From: Sphyrna mokarran
Taxonomy: Eukaryota
Direction: 5' to 3'
DNA length: 64,000 nt
Assembly: GCA_024679065.1 (NCBI GenBank)
Contig: JAGIQG010000006.1
Coordinates: 115,320,001 to 115,384,000 of the forward strand
A program made the translations under genes and the position numbers. Of the stretch, positions 38,565-49,699 are shown piece by piece. A model generated the notes under the pieces. The model was not told the DNA's origin and did not search any database. It was given only the letters and a program-made list of their open reading frames with translations. Numbering within the stretch: the stretch's first letter is position 1; every line of letters starts with the position of its first letter.

Positions 38565-40560
38565 AACATGAGAAACAGGAGAGAGGTAAACCAGCTGTTT
38601 GAGCCCACTCAATTTTTCAGTAAGGTCAGGTTGACCTTCCATATTAACTTTACTTTCTTGCTCTATCCCTTGACTTCCTTAGTATCTAAAAATCTATCAA
38701 CCAGAGTCTTAAATCTATGCATCATGGGCATCAACAACAGCTCTCTGTTGTAAAGGATTCCAAAGGTTCAAGGAATTTCTAATTTCAGTCCTAAATGGCT
38801 GCACCCTTATCCTGACACCATTATTCCTATTCTGCAGCTAGGTGGAAAATACCTCTCAGCACCCTTGCAGATTTTTTGCTCCTCAATGAAATCATAATCT
38901 TCAAAATCATAAAATAGGCCCATTGTATTCTACACTACTCAAAAGACAGGCCTCTTATCCCACAAACCAATTCAGTGAACCTTCACTGCATATTTTGAAT
39001 GTAAGCATATCCTTCCTTAGGTTAGGAGATCAAAACTACACATAGTTCTACCATCACTACTCGACACCAAAGCCTGATATAAATCCCTCAAGTCTTCCTT
39101 GCTCTTCAATATCAACCCCTTTGAAATATAGTAAAAACAAAAAATATTTGCTTCCCTAATTGCTCGTTAAGATAACTTACTGTCTTCTGTGAAGAAGGAT
39201 GCTAAAATTCCTCTTAATATCACATTTTGATCCTGCTTTTCCATTCTTCGTTATGAAGTGAATAATTTCATACTTCCACCCCTATCATTGTATTCCACTT
39301 TCTTACCCAATCACTTAGCAGGTTCATATCCTTTTGCAACCTTCCTCCGCTGTCCGTACTTTCCCAGCTACTACTGCATCACCAACAAACTAAGACACAT
39401 TGCTGCCTCCGCCCTCATCTAAGTCATTGGCATAGGTTGTAAATATCCAATGCTCAAGTGCCAATTCTTGCAGAATTCCACTATTTATTCCTGCCATTCT
39501 GGAAATTCTCATTTATTCCTACTCTCTGCCCACGAACCAATCTTCTTTCTCTGAGCCCTTCTTGGCACCTTATCTAATCCCTTCAGAAAATCTGACTATA
39601 TCACAACCATTTATTCCAGTATATCTCTCCTGATGGTTAAATCTTCAAAAGCACTATTTAATTTGTCAAACACAATTTCCCTTTCTTAAAAGGATGCTGA
39701 CTCTGCCAAATTGGATCGTGATTTTCCAACTGCCCTGTTATCATGACCTTAGTAACAGATTCTAGTATTTTTCCTATTATTATTGATGTCAGCTACCTGG
39801 ATTTTAGTTTCCTGTTTTCACTGTCCCCCCTTCCTTGAGCAACAGGGTTTCATTTACTCCCTTCCAGAATTCGAGATTCTAGAATGGTCCCTGGGGATTG
39901 GAAATTAGGACTTCTTTTAAAGTCCTAAGAATATACCAACATGTCTAGAGAACTTGCCAGTTTTCGTTCCAATTTATCTTTCCATTGTTTTTTCTTTACC
40001 AATATTCTTCTTTTCAATACTTCACAGTCACAGGACCTGTCCTTCTCTGGACAGGTCTTTAAGTTTGCTCTTAGTAACTTCTGCAACAGATGCAAAGCAT
40101 TTGTTTAGTATTTCTGCCATTTTTGTATTGTCCATTACAGTTTTTCCTGCCTCTAAGAAACGCACATTTAATTTTTTCTACTTTACGTTAAGAAAAGTTT
40201 GACGATTCTTTTTATATATTTCTTTTGCCCCCCACAACCCCCCACCCACCCACCAATTTCTCAGTCGTCCTTTGGGGAATGCTTCCAATCCTCAAATTGA
40301 TTATTCTTATCAGCATATTGTAAAGCAAGATTTAAATCTAAACTTCTCTAGTTAACCACTGTGGTATAACTTTTCCATTGGAGTTTTTAAAATGATTACA
40401 CATTTCCTTGAAGGAAAGAGTTCCAATAATTTCCTTAAACCTTTGTCATTGCTTATTGACCAATATAGCTTAAGGTCCAATTTTGCAAATCTAGCTTCAG
40501 CCAGATCGCTTCCAGTTTTGCTGATTTCCAAACTTCCCTTTCTTAATACTGCTTTATCTA
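38565..40560 (-). mobile_element. Long degenerate CR1 LINE
   Basis: Tail aacatgagaaacagga. Internal minus-strand remnants of CSFDL (YC..FW region), VI.IDF.KAFDKV (ccttatctaatcccttcagaaaatc) and QHPF.KGK.CLTN (tttgtcaaacacaatttccctttcttaaaaggatgctgac). Confidence 0.7.
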
Positions 40561-40589
40561 ACCTTTTATCAGAGCTTAACCATGCACCT

Positions 40590-40716
40590 TAGTTGATAAG
40601 TATATGGATGAGAAGGGAATGGTTTAGTTAGGAGGGGCATTGCTTTTTATTTTGGTCGGCACAACATCGAAGGCCGAAGGGCCTGTTCTGTGCTGTATTG
40701 TTCTATGTTCTATGTT
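40590..40716 (+). mobile_element. Very short young CR1 3' insertion with 5-bp TSD
   Basis: Closely matches 60370-60500; (tgttcta)n tail; CACCT at 40585-40589 and 40717-40721. Confidence 0.9.
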
Positions 40717-41199
40717 CACCTCCTTTACCATTTTCTCTAATTTTTCTATAAGTCACAAACCTTGAAATAATGCACAGATCAATACTTGATCAACCTTGCC
40801 TGAGTGATGCCTATTGAATCAAAACCCATGTGTCTCTATGCGTGCCACCAATTCATCTGTTATATTAAAAAAGCTTTATGCATTCAGATATAGTACCTTC
40901 AATTTTAACTTCGTTATTTTGGCCTAGTGTAGCCTTGTGCACTGTTGCCCCATTATTATTGAGAAACTCCTGACAAACTGCTTGATTCTACCCAAATCAC
41001 TCCTCTGCTCCAAAAACTTCACCTTTCCCAAGTCCAGTGCAGTGCATCACAACAGAACATACTCTCTGTCCCCAGGACTGTGCAGATACTCCATGAAATG
41101 AAATTCCCACATCCCACTGCACTACTTCAACCACACATTTAAATCTCTAATCTGTTCGTTCGTATGCCAATGTGCGTGTGATTTGGGAAATAATCCAGA

Positions 41200-43412
41200 A
41201 AAAAGGCTACAAAACAGGAAGACTTATGTGCCAAGCACATAAGCAGCAAGTCACTGACAGAGCTAAGTCAGAGACAAATCCCACAATGGCTCAAATCTAA
41301 GCTCTGCAGTCTTGCCACATCAAGCCATGCATAGTGGTGGACAATTAAACAATTCACTGTAAGATGAGGCTCCACATATATCCTTATCCTCAATGATGGA
41401 AGAGCCCAGCACATTGGTGCAAAAAAAATAAGGTTAATATTCACAACAATCTTCAGCCAGAAGTGCTGAATGGATGATCCATTTCAGCCTCCTCTAGAGG
41501 TCCTCAGCATCACAGATGTCAGTCTTCAGCTAATTCTACTCACACCTGTGTGATATCAAGAAACGGCGAAAGGCAACGGATGGATATTGCAAAAGCATTG
41601 GCTCTGACAACATTCTTGCAAAAACACTGAAAGCTTGTGCAGCAGAATCTTGTTACCTCACTAGCCAACCTGTCCGAGTATAATGTTCCAACACTGACAT
41701 CTACCCAGCAATGTGGAAGATTGTCCAGGTATGTCTTGCATACAGCAGACAGGACAAATGCAACCCAAGTAAGTACTGCCCCATCAGTTTACTCTCGATC
41801 ATCAGTAAAGTGTTGGAAGAAGTCATCAACAGTGTTATCAAGGGACACTTACTTGGCAATAGCATGCTCATTGACACTGAATTTGGGTTCTACTAGGGTC
41901 GCCGAGCTCATGACCGCATTACAGCTTGGGTTCAAATATAAAGATACAAACCGAATTTGAGGTGAGAATGATTGCCCATCACACTGTGGCTATATTTGAC
42001 TGAGTACAGTATCAAGAAGCTCTAGAAAACAAGTCGATGGGAATCAGAAGGGGGAACTTTCCACTGTTTGAAGTCATACCTGGCACAAAGAAAGTTGACT
42101 GTAGTGACTGCAGCTCAATCATCTCATTCCAGGACATCACTGCAGGAGTTCCTTAGTGCAGTGTCTAGGCCCATCTTCAGCTGCTTCATCAATAAGCTTT
42201 CTTCCATCAGAAGTTCAGAAGTGAGATGTTTGCTAATGACTGCACAATGTCCAGTATTATTCATGATTCTTCACGATACTGAAGTAGTCCATGTCCAAAT
42301 GCAGCAAAACCCGGACACAATCCAGCATTGGGCTGACAAGTGGCACATAACATTCACTCCGTACAAGTGCCAAACAATGACAATCTTCAACAAGAAATAA
42401 TCTAATTCTCACCCCTTCTCATTCAATCGCATTACCATTGCTGTATTCACTATTATCAACATCCTGGGGATTACCATTGACCAGAATTCAAACTGGACTA
42501 GCCAGATAAGTATTGTGGCTACAAAAACAGTTCAGAGGCAAGGAATCCTGCAGCAAGTAAATCACCCATTGACATTCCAAAGCCTGTCCACCAACCACAA
42601 GGCCACAAAACTTTTTAAAATTAAAATTAATTTATTTGTGTCACAGGTAGGCTTACATTAACATTGCAATGAAGTTACTGTTAAAATCCTCTAGTTGCCA
42701 CACTCCGGTGCCTGTTCGGGTATACAGAGGGAAAATTTAGCATGGTCAATGCATCAAACCAGCACATCTCTCAAACTGTGGGAGGAAACCCATGCAAACA
42801 TGGGGAGAATGCACAGACTCCGCACAATGATCCAAGCCAGGAATCAAATGTGGGTCCCTGGCACTGAGAGGCAGCAGTGCTAACCACAATGCCTCCCTCA
42901 GGAGTGTGATGGAATACTCTCCGCTTGCCTAAATGAGTGCAGCTCCAACAACACTCAAGAAGCTTGACACCATCCAGGACAAAGCAGCCAACTTGACTGC
43001 TATCCCTTCAAACATTCAATCGATCTACCATCGATGAATAGTGGCAGTCATGTATACATTCTGCAAGATACACTTCAGGAACTCGGCAAGGTTCCTTAGG
43101 TAGGGGCTTCCAAACTCACAACCACTACCACCTCAAAGAACAAGAACAACAGGTACTTGGAAACATCACCATCTGGGGAGGTTCTCAGGTACCATCACAT
43201 ACCATCCTGACTTGGAAATATATTGCTTTTTTATCACTGTTGCGAGGTCAAAATCCTGGAACTCCCTAACAGCAGCGTGAGTGTATCTACACCTCAGGGA
43301 TTGCATCAGTATACGAAGACAACTCACTACCACCAGTTCTCAAGGGCAACTAGGGATGGGCAATAAAAGCTGGTCTGGCCAGCAATGCCCACATCCCATA
43401 AATGAATGAAGA
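41200..43412 (+). mobile_element. CR1-group LINE ORF2 (RT) with 3' end, interrupted by a V-SINE
   Basis: WKIVQVCL...QDKCNPSKYCPISLLSIISKVLEEVIN...EFGF, CFIN.L, IQHWADKWHITFTPYKCQ, RSVMEYSPLA; tail caagggcaactagggatgggcaataaa...aatgaatgaag. Confidence 0.9.
42612..42897 (-). mobile_element. V-SINE (tgacac tail subfamily) nested in the LINE
   Basis: tttatttgtgtcacaggtaggcttacattaacattgcaatgaagttactg...tgggaggaaaccc...gaggcagcagtgctaaccac. The LINE resumes at tcaggagtgtgatgg. Confidence 0.9.
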
Positions 43413-44082
43413 AAAATAAATTCTGTGTTGGGATTAATCTAATGATTCAATGTATACTAAAGCCAAATAGAAATAAATTATAAAAACATTAACCAATTGG
43501 GTAATTGTAATAGATTAATTATCAGTGATTGAAATATTATCTTGGGATTTTTTTTTCCAGACGGGAGGTGAAACATTACCTGACGCTGGTTACTTTATCA
43601 ATTTTAATAGCCAATGTCATTAATGGAATATGCATTATTTATCATTCTGAATTTGGGCTTTATTTGTATATACATTTGCATTTAACAACATAATTTATTT
43701 AACAACTTCTGTGGCAATATAAATATATACAGATTGGAGAAGAACATTTTCTATTTGGCAGACACATTACCAAGAAATAATCAGGCATTATGCATGCAGG
43801 TTTCTTGAATCAGTAATATATTCACCAACTGGATAGCAGGGTGGTCCGCTTATTAAGTTGATGTATATTCAATAGAAAAAAAATGCAGAATTTGGCCCAT
43901 CAACTTTGAAGCATGCTGCAAACAACAAAGGACTGCCTATTACTATGATATATTCCTAACCATTTATTACACTGCTGCCCATACACAAGTTAGTATTTGG
44001 AACCTGCTTGAAGAAGACATTTATAATGTCTTTCAAAATTATCAATGATAAGTTTACAGAAAATGTTTCCTTTTTTAAAACT

Positions 44083-44440
44083 TCTTTCCTGGGATGTGTG
44101 GGTCACCAATAAGGCCAGCATTTAGTACCAATCTCTAATTCTCTTGAACTCAGTGGCTTGCCAGGCAATTTCAAAGGGCATTTAAGAGCCAAATACATTG
44201 GAATCACATGAAAGCCAAACCAGATAAGGATATTTAACCAGTTGGGTTTTTATAACAATCATTGATTGTTATGATAATCATAATCGTCATGGTAACCATT
44301 ACTGTGATTAGCTTTATATTCTACATTTATTAATTGAATTCAAATTCTGTTACTTTATTGTGGTAGATTTGAATCCAATGTCCTCGGGCATTAGCTTGTG
44401 TCACTGGATTACTAGTCCGGACATTACCACTATCTCATTC
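44083..44440 (-). mobile_element. tRNA-headed SINE family 2, degenerate
   Basis: tcctgggatgtgtgggtcaccaataaggccagcattt...gatttgaatcc...ctggattactagtccggacattaccact. Confidence 0.8.
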
Positions 44441-45519
44441 CTTTGAATGAATTTCCTCTCTTGAGATTAAGTTTAAATATTGAGATTATGACAAGATGTG
44501 AGTAATAAATCGGCACTTTTAATATTGGAAGAGTGGACAGGCAGTGAATTAAAACTCAAAACTTTAAGCCAGTAAATTGAGAAAAGATAAAAGGAAACAA
44601 GATTGAAGAGAAAAGGTTTAACATTTAAGAATTGAAAAGCACAATGAATAACAAAACAATGTCGATCAAAGTCATGTAAACAATGTGTAGCAATAATAAA
44701 TGTATAGCAGACAAGGAAGAATGCAAATAATTCATTAGAATAGAAATGAACTAAGAACACATGAATTACAAATCTCAAAGCAAATAAATTAAATACAATG
44801 AAATTTTAAATAAAAAGGTCTGTCACAACGTTTACGTTCTCTACTTCAGCATTGTACATGGTATTCATTCCAATGATTGGTAAAGTCCATTTTACCATCT
44901 ACAACACTAAAATGATAAAGAATGTGAATTATAACATGGACTGTTGGCCAGATAGCAATTTTAGATTAATGACTTCCTTTAACACAAATTAAAACTCAAC
45001 AAGCCATTATATATTCATTCTTTCCATTTTCATGCAATCAATCTTTCAGCAGAACCTCATTCACTTAATCAAAGTTTGAGACTAATCTCTCCAAGTAATC
45101 TCACCAGCTTTTTGGCTTGTTAACAGTGGCAGACCAAGTGAAGTTTGAACTTAACTGAGTAATTTAGCCTACTTTTGAAAGACAGCATGCTAACTTAAAG
45201 AAATTGCATATATTAAAGTTTTAGTAATGAAATGGACCATGTCATGGTCCATTTAACAAAGTTATGAAAAATTTTAAACAAAATTTTTCATACATATTTT
45301 CTGAAAATAACTCAAATCCAGATCTTGTTCGTAATGAATGGAAATTATGAATCCACCCCGCACATTTGTCATCCCTTTGAATCTATCCTCGGCACCCCAG
45401 CCATTCTCTCATCCTCCTTTAAATGTTTGTTCCCTATTGATAACATGGTATCAGGTTCCAGTGAACATGCCCAGTTCAATATCTCTGTAACCAATTATCC
45501 ACCAACGATTAATTTTCTC

Positions 45520-46318
45520 CATGGTGGAATTTGAGAAGTAAAAAATTTAGAATTTTTTTTTAAGTCAAATAATTACTATGCAATCATTGTTGGTTGTCAT
45601 AAAAACTCATCTGGTTCACTGATGTTGCTTAGGGTAGGAAATCCACCATCCTTATCTGGTCTGACCTTCATGTAACTCCAGATCCACACAACGTGTCGAC
45701 TTTTAAACGGCCTCTGAAATGGCCTAGCAAGCCACTCAGTTGTCTCAAACCATTAGCAAGTCTATAAGGAATGAAACTGGATAGATCACCAGGCACAGAT
45801 CTTGGCTCCAAAAATGACAAGAGCAAACTCAGCCCTGCTGATCTTGCAAGTCCTCTTTACTAATATCTGGAGGCCTGTGCCAAAATCTGGAATGCTAACT
45901 CAGAATGGCCAAGCAACAACTCAACATAATCACACTCACAAAAATATATCTTGCACATAATGTTTCCAAACACAACCACTGGCAAGACACCATACACAAG
46001 GTGAGCTGGAGGAACCCACCAATGTTGGGTACCTTTCAAACCCATGACCGTTACCATCTAGAAGGTCAAGGGCAGTAGTTGCAAAGGAACGCCACTACCT
46101 GGAAGTTTCCCTTCAAGTCATACATCAGCCTGAGATAGAAATATTTCTTCGGTCGAGATCCTGGAACTCCCTCCCTACAGCACTACAGGTGTACCTAAAC
46201 TATATGGATTGCAGCGGTTCAAGAAGGCAAGTCGTCATTACCTTCTCAAAAGCAATTAGAGGTGGACACTAAATACAGGTCTACCCAGCAATACCCATAT
46301 TCCATGAATGAGTAAACA
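45520..46318 (+). mobile_element. Internally deleted LINE: SINE-family-2 body, AP-endonuclease start and LINE 3' end
   Basis: 45520-45741 matches the SINE body. About 45850-45980 translates VLFTNIWRPVPK / AKQQLNIITLTKIYL (APE N-terminal motifs, with a frameshift). About 46030-46318 matches 43110-43412. Confidence 0.75.
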
Positions 46319-46539
46319 AGACATCGTGACATTGAAAAAACAGATGGGTTCTTCTTCGGGCTTCAAACATATAGTCAATATCCGATCAGATTCCATCCCT
46401 TTCCTTGGCCACTAGCTCAAGTTCAAAATAACTGTGACTTTGGCTTTTCATCTGGCATCGTAAGGAACATCTACTTCTACCCCTGTCTTTGTAACATATC
46501 TATCTTCCCCTTGTACTGCTAAAAGCCTCAATGTGTTTT

Positions 46540-47070
46540 TGTCATCTACAAACTCAACCTGCTGACCTCCAACTCTCCATAAGATTCAGTCATATAAAAC
46601 TCTGCTGTTTGTGTCTGAACACACACCAAATCTCAATTTAGCTCATTGCTTCTGTGACTATTGGCCTATATTAGTTCCTATTCCTCCAAAACCTCCCATA
46701 TAAAATTCTCATCCTCATGTAAAAATCCAACAATGGACTTGGCCCTCCTTATTCCTGTACCCAGCTCCAACCCTAGCTCTCTTGGGGACTTCTAACTCTA
46801 ACCTCCTGTGCATCACTGTCTTACCAGTGGAATTATCTGCCTTCTGTGATACGAACAAGTTTTAAATTTACTCCATAAACCTCTCTGATTCACCAACTGT
46901 TTTGATCCTTTAAAATTCTCCTTGAAAACGAGCTCTTTGACTATTTTTAAGCTCCCATTCTAATATCTCCATATATTGCTCAGTGTAAAATATTGTCTGA
47001 TTACTCTTCTTTGAAGCACCTTCAGAGATTTTTATATGTTAAAAATGCTATACAACGCTAGCTGACATTG
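46540..47070 (+). mobile_element. L2 LINE 3' fragment
   Basis: LHKIQ.I.NSA..., YKILILM.KS.NGLGPPY and tail tgaagcaccttcagagatt...ttaaaaatgctatac are typical of L2. Confidence 0.75.
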
Positions 47071-48278
47071 TTCGCCTAAAATGCACCTGAACCAACCCAC
47101 TTTAGGAATCTTATTAAGCTTGCACTGATACAAGCCATCATTTTGACATCTTAGAATGGTCCCCATTGCTGAATGATACCAGAGAAACAAAGGAACTCAG
47201 AGTTCAATTCCTCATGCATTAGAATTGAAGGGGATCTCATCAATCCAGAAGTATCACAATTCCCAGTTCTCCAACTTTCTGTGCCCACATTTCCTCCACC
47301 AATTCTTTTGCCTTGTACTTCCCAGTATTTCAGCCTAAGCATTATTGAGATTAAGGATTTGAATCTTAATCACCACTCCAACATTCTTTTAGACAGTAAA
47401 AGCTGGTAGTGAAGGATGGCTATTGCTAGAGCAGGAAACTGAGCTGGTGTGGGCCAATCTACGTGACAGGGATTCCCTACAAGTTCACAGAAAATGGGAT
47501 GATCTGCATCCCTGAGTTTCACTGCAATTCCTTCCATAACCTATTTTCTATTTCCATATTGATCTCATTATCACCCGATTTTCCTTTGCACCATTGTCAC
47601 TTTTGTCACCCATTCATCGCTACAACATATGACAGAAGCCTCACTTTTCTCACCTTGCCCTAACCCCATCATCACCCTTCTCCACACACCCTTCAGCCCC
47701 ACTCCAGCTCATCCCTGACAACATTTAAAGGCATTCATCTTGAACACTTTTCTGTGCTGATGAGAGATCAAGCTGAAAAATTAACTCCATTTCTTTCTCC
47801 ACACATGTTGCTTGACTTGCTGAGAGTTTTCAGCATTTTCTGTTATAATTTATACCTTATTTAAATGTTAAAAGGCAATTCAACTGTGCAAACCTAAGCC
47901 TGACCTCATCTTCGCCCAGCATCCAGTAATATGCATTTTAAGGAAGGGTGACAGGAAAGGATCCAAGGCAAACCATGTGGCCTATTTTCTTAAACTGGGC
48001 TAAGCAGCCAACATGAACTTTAGCTATCCAACAGCCTCTCCAATTAGAAAGAATAACTTGGGCACAGCAATAATGAAACCAAATACCTTATATTTAGCAT
48101 TGCACGATGCAGTACGATATTCACCAACTCAGTGAGAATAATGTCACATTCAGAACATTTCTGTAGATTAACTGACATTGGAAGGCATAATGAAATAGAT
48201 AACATGATATTGCAACTGTCAAGATTCTTGGCTTTGAACTGTTTATAAAAGTGAACACAAAAACATTTTCTTTCTTAC

Positions 48279-48526
48279 CTGGTAACTGGGTCTTATCCAA
48301 TTGGTTCTGATCCAACTGGATTTCCTCAATACTTTCTTCTCCAGTACTCATTACTTCTGCATTGCTAGACTGTTCTTTCTGTGCTCCCCCACTGGGCTCT
48401 TCTTTGATACTGATAGCATCTGTAAATGTTTTAGCTGCAGCTGTTTCTTTAGTCACAGGTTTGCACAATGTGGTTTCATCTTCCAGGGCTTTTAGCTTTT
48501 TAGATCGAGTTCTTAACTGATAGAGA
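48279..48526 (-). CDS. kdm4c: KDM4C coding exon, acidic linker (248 nt, phase 2 to 1)
   Basis: Acceptor tcttctgtag, donor CAG|gtaaga. Continues the frame as (S)LYQLRTRSKKLKALEDETTLCKPVTKE...IKEEPSGG...QLDQNQLDKTQLP. Phase matches both neighbours. Confidence 0.9.
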
Positions 48527-48918
48527 CTACAGAAGATATGACAATTAGGTTAAAACTACCATGAATAAAATTATATGCATCCTTATAAATTTTTTGCCCA
48601 AACAATTACTCCTGAATTATATCTATTCATTTCTACAGCATTGCCATATCAAAATGTTTTGAGAAGTTATTTTCTAAACAAGGCTTTAAACTTTAATGGC
48701 ATGCAATGAATATTTTCAAACTGCATATTTAATGTTCAGATAAAATGGCCCATGACTCAAAATACTTACATATCTATGAAACAAGGTTTATTCAAGAAAA
48801 ATATCAGAAATAACAAGATTACCACTTTTGCAAACAAATTAACTGACTTTGAAAAATTTTAACACCGTAACAAACTCAGCATTGCATACCTCAGGTTTAA
48901 ACGAGTTGGATATGTTAC

Positions 48919-49124
48919 CTGTTCATAGACATTTCAGACTTCTTTGGAGTTGCTTTTCTTTGTTTCTGCCAAGTCTCCAGCTCAGGAGTTGATTCTGGAG
49001 TGGGTTTAGTGTGATCAATAGTTTGAATATCTTTTCCTTGTTTCCAGAGTGTGTACCTGCTTGGCTGAAATTTTTCTACAAAGATGTCCATGGATATCTT
49101 GACCATGTCGTTTCGGCAGGTACA
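48919..49124 (-). CDS. kdm4c: KDM4C coding exon immediately after the JmjC domain (206 nt, phase 0 to 2)
   Basis: Translates [57 protein letters not shown]..., the KDM4 CxC zinc-ligand/post-JmjC segment. DIFV and [13 protein letters not shown] match KDM4C rather than KDM4A/B as recalled. Acceptor ttag at 49125-49128, donor AG|gtaaca. Confidence 0.96.
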
Positions 49125-49699
49125 CTAAGTAATTGAAAAGAAAAGAACTGGAATTAAAGAAAAATTGATAAACTTGTAAAAGCATCTACACATTCAAAAA
49201 TACTGAGTGTTACTCTTTTTATTCCTTCATGGAATGCGTGTGTTTCTTACAAAGCCAATATTTGCTGTCCATCATTAACTGCCCTAAAGGTATTGGTGCC
49301 AGCTTCTTGAACCACTGAAGTTCATCTGATATAGATACACCTACTATTCTGGAAGGGAGTCCTCAGAATTTGATCCAGAGACAGTGAAGAAATGGTAATA
49401 TAGTTCCAAGTGAGAATGGTGTGTGGCTTGAAGGGACTTGCAAGTGATGGTTAAAAAAAAAATTGACAGATATCATGTTGATACAGATAAGAGCCTGGCT
49501 AGATATAGGAAGGTTCAGAAGGCAAGTGGAAAAGGAAATGAGAGGCAAAGACAGTAACAGAAGAAACCAAAAGTTAACAAAGAAGAATCCAAACGACTCC
49601 GATAAGAATATAAGTAGAAAAATGGTGGCAAAAAAAAAAAAAGGGATGAGGCTAATTAGAGGCAAAAAGAGGATCTGCACACGAAGGCAGAGATCTGGG

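Noticed and set aside
48885-48918. Second donor GAG|gtatgc 29 nt past the 48919 exon end
   Set aside because: Its use includes in-frame TAA stops, and the proximal donor already gives the correct phase.
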